The notes below the pieces were generated by a model that searched no databases, was not told the origin of the DNA, and saw only the letters and a list, made by a program, of their open reading frames with translations. A program made the position numbers and the translations under genes. This document shows, piece after piece, positions 59,211 through 64,000 of a DNA stretch of 64,000 nucleotides (position 1 is the stretch's first letter; every line of letters begins with the position of its first letter). Origin of the DNA: Naasia sp. (GTDB lineage Bacteria; Actinomycetota; Actinomycetes; Actinomycetales; Microbacteriaceae); assembly GCA_025463675.1 (NCBI GenBank), contig JAODAX010000067.1:892-64891 (forward strand). Reading direction: 5' to 3'.

Positions 59211-60016
59211 GTGGACGCACGAATCGACGAGCTGGCGCTGCCCGCCTCGCTGGCCGACGAGGGCGGGGACGCGTTCGCCGAGGTGGTCGCCATGACGAAG
59301 GCGGTCACCGCCGCCGCGCTGCAGCGCGGCGACCTGTCCTGGTGCCGCCGACCGGCGCGGGGGCCGATCCCAGCCGCCGACGGAGGCGCCCGCTTCCTCG
59401 CCGGGCGGGGTTGGCGGTCGCGCAGGTGTACCGGTTCAGCCGGATCGAGCTCGGCCCAGCCCGCGCCGCGCGCGCCGAGCTGGGCGGGCGGGCGGGCGAG
59501 GCGAGCGCCGGCGACGAACTGCTGTCCTGGTCCGGCGTCACCCCGGAGGAGTTCCGGGCCGACCTCGCCGCACTGCACGCCCGCATGCTCGTCGACGCGC
59601 CGATGTCCGACCTCCGGTGGATGAGGAGGAGTGGGACGCCGCACGGCTGCTGCTGGAGCACGACGAACGGGCGCCGGAGGGCGGCATGCTCCTCGTCACC
59701 GCGGTCGCGCGGCACCGGGACAGCGGCCGGATCGTCGCGTTCAGCTCCGGCTACCTCCCCATCGGCCGCACCCGGCCGGCCGCGCAGGGCGACACCCTCG
59801 TGCACGGCGAGCACCGTGGCCGCCGGCTGGGCATGCTCGTGACGGCCGGCCTGCACGACGAGATCGTGCGGGTGTCGCCGAAGACTCCGGCGGTGTTCCC
59901 CTACAACGCCGAGGGGAACCGGCCCATGCTCTCGGCGAACGAGTCGATCGGCTTCCGCCCGGTCGGCTACCAGGGGCGTCTGGGAGCGTCGCGCCGGCGC
60001 AGTTTCGGGCTCCTGA
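59211..60016 (+). pseudogene. GNAT N-acetyltransferase pseudogene
   Basis: GNAT-like segments spread over different frames: RIDELALPASL...; AQVYRFSRIEL...RMLVDAP; EEEWDAAR...QGDTLVHGEHRGRRLG...NAEGNRPMLSANESIGF; GVWERR. Confidence 0.75.
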
Positions 60017-60087
60017 GATGCCGCTTTCCGTCCCCATTCGGCCCGGATAGAGACGGAACGCGGCACGTCGCCGGGACTGGGACCGCC

Positions 60088-60999
60088 TCAGAGGGCGGGG
60101 CGGACGCGGGGCAGCTTCTGGCAGCGCGGGCAGTAGTGGCTGGAGCGGTTCATGAAGCTCTCCCGGCGGATCGGCGTGCCGCACCGTGCGCACGGCAGGC
60201 CCTGCTGACCGTAGGCGTTGAGGCGCTGGGAGAAGTAGCCGGACGCGCCGTTCACGTTCACGTACTGGGCGTCGAAGCTGGTGCCGCCGTCCTCGAGGGC
60301 GCGGGCGAGGACGCTGCGCAGCTCGGCCAGCAGCAGGCGGGCCTTGGGCCTTGTCAGCGCCTGGGTCGGCGTCTCGTAGTGCAGGCGGGCCGCCCACAGC
60401 GCCTCGTCGGCGTAGATGTTGCCGATGCCGCTCACGAGCGTCTGGTCGAGGAGGGCGCGCTTCACCCCGGTCACCTTGCGGGCCAGCGCGGCGAAGAACA
60501 GACGCTCGTCGAAGGCGGGATCGAGGGGGTCGCGGGCGATATGCGCGACCTGCGTCGGGATCCGGGGGTCCGGTGACCCGGCGCCCGCAGGCGCGCCGCC
60601 CGGCACGGGGACGAGGTCGTCGATCGCCATCGAGCCGAAGATGCGCTGGTCGACGAACGCGAGGGACAGGGAGCCGTGTCCGGGCGACTGCACGTCGAGG
60701 CGGACCCGCAGCAGCCGGTCGTCGGGCGCGTCGACGGCGCGCAGCAGCACCTGACCGCTCATCCCGAGGTGGGTGACGAGCGCCCGGTGCGTGCCCTCGA
60801 GCGGCAGCCACAGGAATTTCCCGCGACGCACCGCGGCGTCGATGCGGGCTCCGGTCAGCTCGTCGGCGAAGGTGTCGGCCGTGCCCTCGTGGCGACGCAG
60901 CGACCGCGAGTCGAGCACGCGCACGCCCGTGACGACCGCACCGGTGACGGCGGGTGCGAGGCCGGCGCGGACGGTCTCGACTTCGGGGAGTTCGGGCAT
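60088..60999 (-). CDS. mutM: Formamidopyrimidine-DNA glycosylase
   Basis: MPELPEVE, RRGKFL, HLGMSG, GIGNIYADE, C4 zinc finger. Confidence 0.96.
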   Translation of the reverse strand: MPELPEVETVRAGLAPAVTGAVVTGVRVLDSRSLRRHEGTADTFADELTGARIDAAVRRGKFLWLPLEGTHRALVTHLGMSGQVLLRAVDAPDDRLLRVRLDVQSPGHGSLSLAFVDQRIFGSMAIDDLVPVPGGAPAGAGSPDPRIPTQVAHIARDPLDPAFDERLFFAALARKVTGVKRALLDQTLVSGIGNIYADEALWAARLHYETPTQALTRPKARLLLAELRSVLARALEDGGTSFDAQYVNVNGASGYFSQRLNAYGQQGLPCARCGTPIRRESFMNRSSHYCPRCQKLPRVRPAL

Positions 61000-61003
61000 G
61001 ACG

Positions 61004-61717
61004 TCAGTTGGTGCCGCGGCGGCGGACGAGCCGGGTCCATGCCTCGAGCGCAGCGGCCATCTCGGCCTGCTTCTTGCTCGTGCCTTTGCCGGTTGCGACG
61101 ACCAGGTCGCCGACGGTGACGGTCGCGGTGAAGACGCGCGAGTGATCCGGACCGACCGCGGTGATCGCGTAGACCGGCAGGCCGGCACCGCGGCGCGCGG
61201 CGACCTCTTGCAGGCTCGTCTTCGGGTCCATCGCAGCTCCGGACCGGTCGGGGTCGTCGAGGAGCGGCTGCACGAGGCGCAGCACGAACTCGGTCGCGAC
61301 GTCGTCGCCGGCCGTCAAGTAGACGGCGCCGATGATCGCCTCCACCGTGTCCGCGAGGATCGACGACTTGTCCCGGCCGCCGGTGCCCTCCTCGCCCTTG
61401 CCGAGCAGCAGGAACTCGCCCAGGCCGAGGCTGCGGGCGATGACGGCGAGCGCGACGCTCGACACCAGACTGGCGCGGCGCTTCGCGAGGTCGCCCTCGT
61501 CCAGATGCGGGTTCTCGGTGAAGAGCTTGACCGTGACGGCCTTGCCGAGGATCGCGTCACCGAGGAACTCGAGACGCTCGTTGTTCGGGATGCCGCCGTG
61601 CTCGTACGCGTACGAGCGGTGCGTGAGCGCCAACTCCAGCAGGTCGTGGTCGACCGAGACGTCGAGTCGCTCCAGGAGCGTCTCGCGCTGTCCGGCGCCC
61701 GACCGCGACTCAGACGT
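61004..61717 (-). CDS. rnc: Ribonuclease III (start codon uncertain, apparently non-canonical)
   Basis: [40 protein letters not shown]. Confidence 0.93.
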   Translation of the reverse strand, partial: TSESRSGAGQRETLLERLDVSVDHDLLELALTHRSYAYEHGGIPNNERLEFLGDAILGKAVTVKLFTENPHLDEGDLAKRRASLVSSVALAVIARSLGLGEFLLLGKGEEGTGGRDKSSILADTVEAIIGAVYLTAGDDVATEFVLRLVQPLLDDPDRSGAAMDPKTSLQEVAARRGAGLPVYAITAVGPDHSRVFTATVTVGDLVVATGKGTSKKQAEMAAALEAWTRLVRRRGTN

Positions 61718-61913
61718 CGGCGACCTTGCGGCCCTTGTACTCGAGGTACAGCTCGGTGCCCTGCGAGTCCTCGACCACGCGAGCGCGGTGCGGGAGGCTG
61801 TAGGTGACCTTGCCGTTCTCGACCGTCTTGACGAGGGTGGGGACCTCGGCCTTCCACTGCGAGCGGCGGGAGTGCGTGTTGGAGCGAGACTTCTTCCGCT
61901 TCGGAACAGCCAT
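61710..61913 (-). CDS. rpmF: 50S ribosomal protein L32 (Cys-free form)
   Basis: [22 protein letters not shown]...LPHR; located between yceD and rnc. Confidence 0.95.
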   Translation of the reverse strand: MAVPKRKKSRSNTHSRRSQWKAEVPTLVKTVENGKVTYSLPHRARVVEDSQGTELYLEYKGRKVADV

Positions 61914-61917
61914 GGGT

Positions 61918-62466
61918 CTATCTCTCTTCTCTCGGAACGTCTGTGTTGTCGCGATCCGCACCCTCGATCAGGGGCGCAAGCGCTGCCCACCGCTCGTCGA
62001 GGGGGGCGTCGCGCTCTTCATCCGCGAGCACCAGGGAGATGCCTTCGGGGAGCTCGATGTTCTCGGGCTCACCGGCGATCTCCGGCTGGAACGGCAGTGC
62101 CAGCACCACCGCATCCCTCACGAGCTGTTCGAGGTCCACGTGGTCGCCGTCAACCTGATACTCGGAAGGAACCTCAGAAGGATACGCGAAAAGCTCCTGG
62201 AACTCGACATCGAGCGGAAGCGCGAAGTCGGTGAGGGTGCGGGCGCTCTGCGCATCCGCGACCGTCTCCACGTGTCCCGTGACGAGCATCCCCTCGTGCA
62301 CCGACTCCACGCGCAGCTCGATCAGCAGCTCGCGGCCCTCGGCCACCCACGCGAGTCCCTCGCCCAGCTTCTCGGGGTTGCGGACGATGAGTTCACGCTC
62401 GCGCATCTCCCCCGGCCGGTTCACGAGGTCCCGGACGTTCACGCGGTACGGATTGCGTTCAGTCAC
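61918..62466 (-). CDS. YceD/DUF177 family protein
   Basis: [39 protein letters not shown]; TAGGAT -10 before GTG. Confidence 0.88.
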   Translation of the reverse strand: MTERNPYRVNVRDLVNRPGEMRERELIVRNPEKLGEGLAWVAEGRELLIELRVESVHEGMLVTGHVETVADAQSARTLTDFALPLDVEFQELFAYPSEVPSEYQVDGDHVDLEQLVRDAVVLALPFQPEIAGEPENIELPEGISLVLADEERDAPLDERWAALAPLIEGADRDNTDVPREER

Positions 62467-62566
62467 GGCCGTCAATCCTACGCGTCCCGGAGCGCGGCGC
62501 GGCGCGGAGGCCCGGAAGCCCGTTCTGCGCGCGTGCTGTCGACCACCTGAGAACGTGCAGGCTTGG

Positions 62567-63901
62567 TCAGAGGGTGGCGCCGAGGACCGTGTCGAGGATC
62601 GCGATGCCCTGCTCGGCCTCGTCGCGGGTGATGACGCATGGCGGGACCACGTGGATGCGGTTGTCCGCCGTGAACGGCAGCAGCCCGCGCTCGAGCAGCC
62701 CCTTCTTCAGCTTGCCCAGCTCCTGCGCGCCGAGCGGCTCGCGGCTGCGCGGGTCGGACACGAGGTCCAGCGCCCAGAAGACGCCGACACCGCGCACCTC
62801 GCCGATCGCCTCGTGCCGCTCCGCGAGCGCCGCCAGGCCGGGGCCGATCACGTCACGGCCGACCGCGGTCGCGTTCTCCAGGATGCCTTCCTCGCTCATC
62901 GCGTCGAGGGCGCCGACGATGGACGCCATCGCCAGCGGGTGGCCCGAGTAGGTGAGGCCGCCCGGGAAGACCCGCTCGTCGAACGCCTCCGCGATCCACG
63001 GCGGGATGATGACGCCGCCGGCCGGCACGTACCCGGAGTTGACGCCCTTGGCGAAGGTGATCAGGTCGGGCACGACGCCCTCCGGGTTCACCTCAGCGTT
63101 CTGGAAGGCGAACCAGTCGCCGGTGCGGCCGAAGCCGGCCATCACCTCGTCGAGGATCAGCACGATGCCGTACTTGTCGGCGAGCGCGCGGACGCCGGCC
63201 AGGTAGCCGGGCGGCGGCATCAGGACACCGGCGGTGCCGGGGATGGTCTCGAGCAGGAGGGCGGCGATCGAGGACGCCCCCTCGGACTGGATGACCCGCT
63301 CCAGGTGGCGGAGGGCGCGCTCGCTCTCCTGCTCCGGGCTGTCCGACCAGAATTCGCTGCGGTAGGCGAACGGCCCGAAGAAGTGCACGTGGCCGCGCGC
63401 GTACTCGTTGGGCACGCGGCGCCAGTCGCCGGTCGCCACCACCGCGGCGCCGGTGTTGCCGTGGTAGGAGCGGTAGGTCGACAGCACCTTGTCGCGGCCG
63501 GTGACGAGGCGGGCCATGCGGATCGCGTTCTCGTTGGCGTCGGCTCCGCCGTTGGTGAAGAACACCTTGCTGAACTCGTCGCCCGCGCGGTCCAGGATGC
63601 GCGCGGCCGCCTCACCGCGGGCGAGGTTCGCGTGGGCGGGTGCGACCGTCGCGAGGAGCTCCGCCTGCGCCTGGATCGCCGCGACCACCTTCGGGTGCTG
63701 GTGGCCGATGTTGACGTTCACGAGCTGGCTGGAGAAGTCCAGGTACTCGTTGCCGTCGTAGTCCCAGACGGTGCTGCCCTTGCCTCCGGCGATCACGAGC
63801 GGCTTCAGCGCGCTCTGCACCGACCAGGAGTGGAAGACGTGGGCCCGGTCGAGTTCGTAGGCGCGCGCGCCGTCGGCTGGGTCGAGATCGTGCGTGCTCA
63901 T
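62567..63901 (-). CDS. Class III PLP aminotransferase (taurine/beta-alanine:pyruvate-like)
   Basis: YLDFSSQL, SYHG, LILDEVMAGFGRTG, TFAKG, GLTYSGHP. Confidence 0.92.
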   Translation of the reverse strand: MSTHDLDPADGARAYELDRAHVFHSWSVQSALKPLVIAGGKGSTVWDYDGNEYLDFSSQLVNVNIGHQHPKVVAAIQAQAELLATVAPAHANLARGEAAARILDRAGDEFSKVFFTNGGADANENAIRMARLVTGRDKVLSTYRSYHGNTGAAVVATGDWRRVPNEYARGHVHFFGPFAYRSEFWSDSPEQESERALRHLERVIQSEGASSIAALLLETIPGTAGVLMPPPGYLAGVRALADKYGIVLILDEVMAGFGRTGDWFAFQNAEVNPEGVVPDLITFAKGVNSGYVPAGGVIIPPWIAEAFDERVFPGGLTYSGHPLAMASIVGALDAMSEEGILENATAVGRDVIGPGLAALAERHEAIGEVRGVGVFWALDLVSDPRSREPLGAQELGKLKKGLLERGLLPFTADNRIHVVPPCVITRDEAEQGIAILDTVLGATL

Positions 63902-63927
63902 GGGTCCATTCTGGTGGGAAAAGGTGC

Positions 63928-63963
63928 GGGCCGAGCAGGCGGACGCGGCCGCCTGCTCGACCC
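63928..63963 (-). terminator. Hairpin after a gene that ends near 63981 and starts outside the window
   Basis: GGGTCGAGCAGGCGG...CCGCCTGCTCGGCCC followed by ACCTTTT on the minus strand; a TAG lies at 63981-63983. Confidence 0.55.
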
Positions 63964-64000
63964 CATGGGTGGTGCCGGTGCTAGAGCTCTCCGCCGGCCT

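Noticed and set aside
56586-59624. 1012-aa plus-strand ORF
   Set aside because: Antisense shadow of smc and the ydjM-like gene in high-GC DNA; only its last ~135 codons overlap the GNAT pseudogene

Overview
A high-GC actinobacterial chromosome segment; gene content and order look like Microbacteriaceae (inference). It is mostly core genome: glgB; a cell-envelope and polar-growth cluster (Scy/FilP-like coiled-coil protein, AI-2E transporter, transglycosylase, DivIVA-repeat protein); cdsA-frr-pyrH; tsf-rpsB; a RecQ-family helicase; xerC; dprA-comM-yraN; rnhB-lepB-rplS; trmD-rimM-khpA-rpsP; ffh; ftsY; smc; and mutM-rnc-rpmF-yceD. Small accessory blocks sit between these core genes. There are three decayed elements: a LivG-like ABC ATPase remnant, an internally deleted IS481-family element and a frameshifted GNAT gene. 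I found no rRNA, tRNA or CRISPR array, and no clear novel multi-gene system. The best leads are: (1) intergenic 'double-unit' palindromes sharing a ~19-nt-period architecture across different sequences, lying at or within accessory inserts; (2) a polytopic membrane protein with an internal RR plus lipobox signal; (3) an rnc gene with no ATG/GTG start; (4) a possible polyproline uORF leader before an orphan priming glycosyltransferase. All calls come from reading the sequence and motifs by eye; no searches were run.
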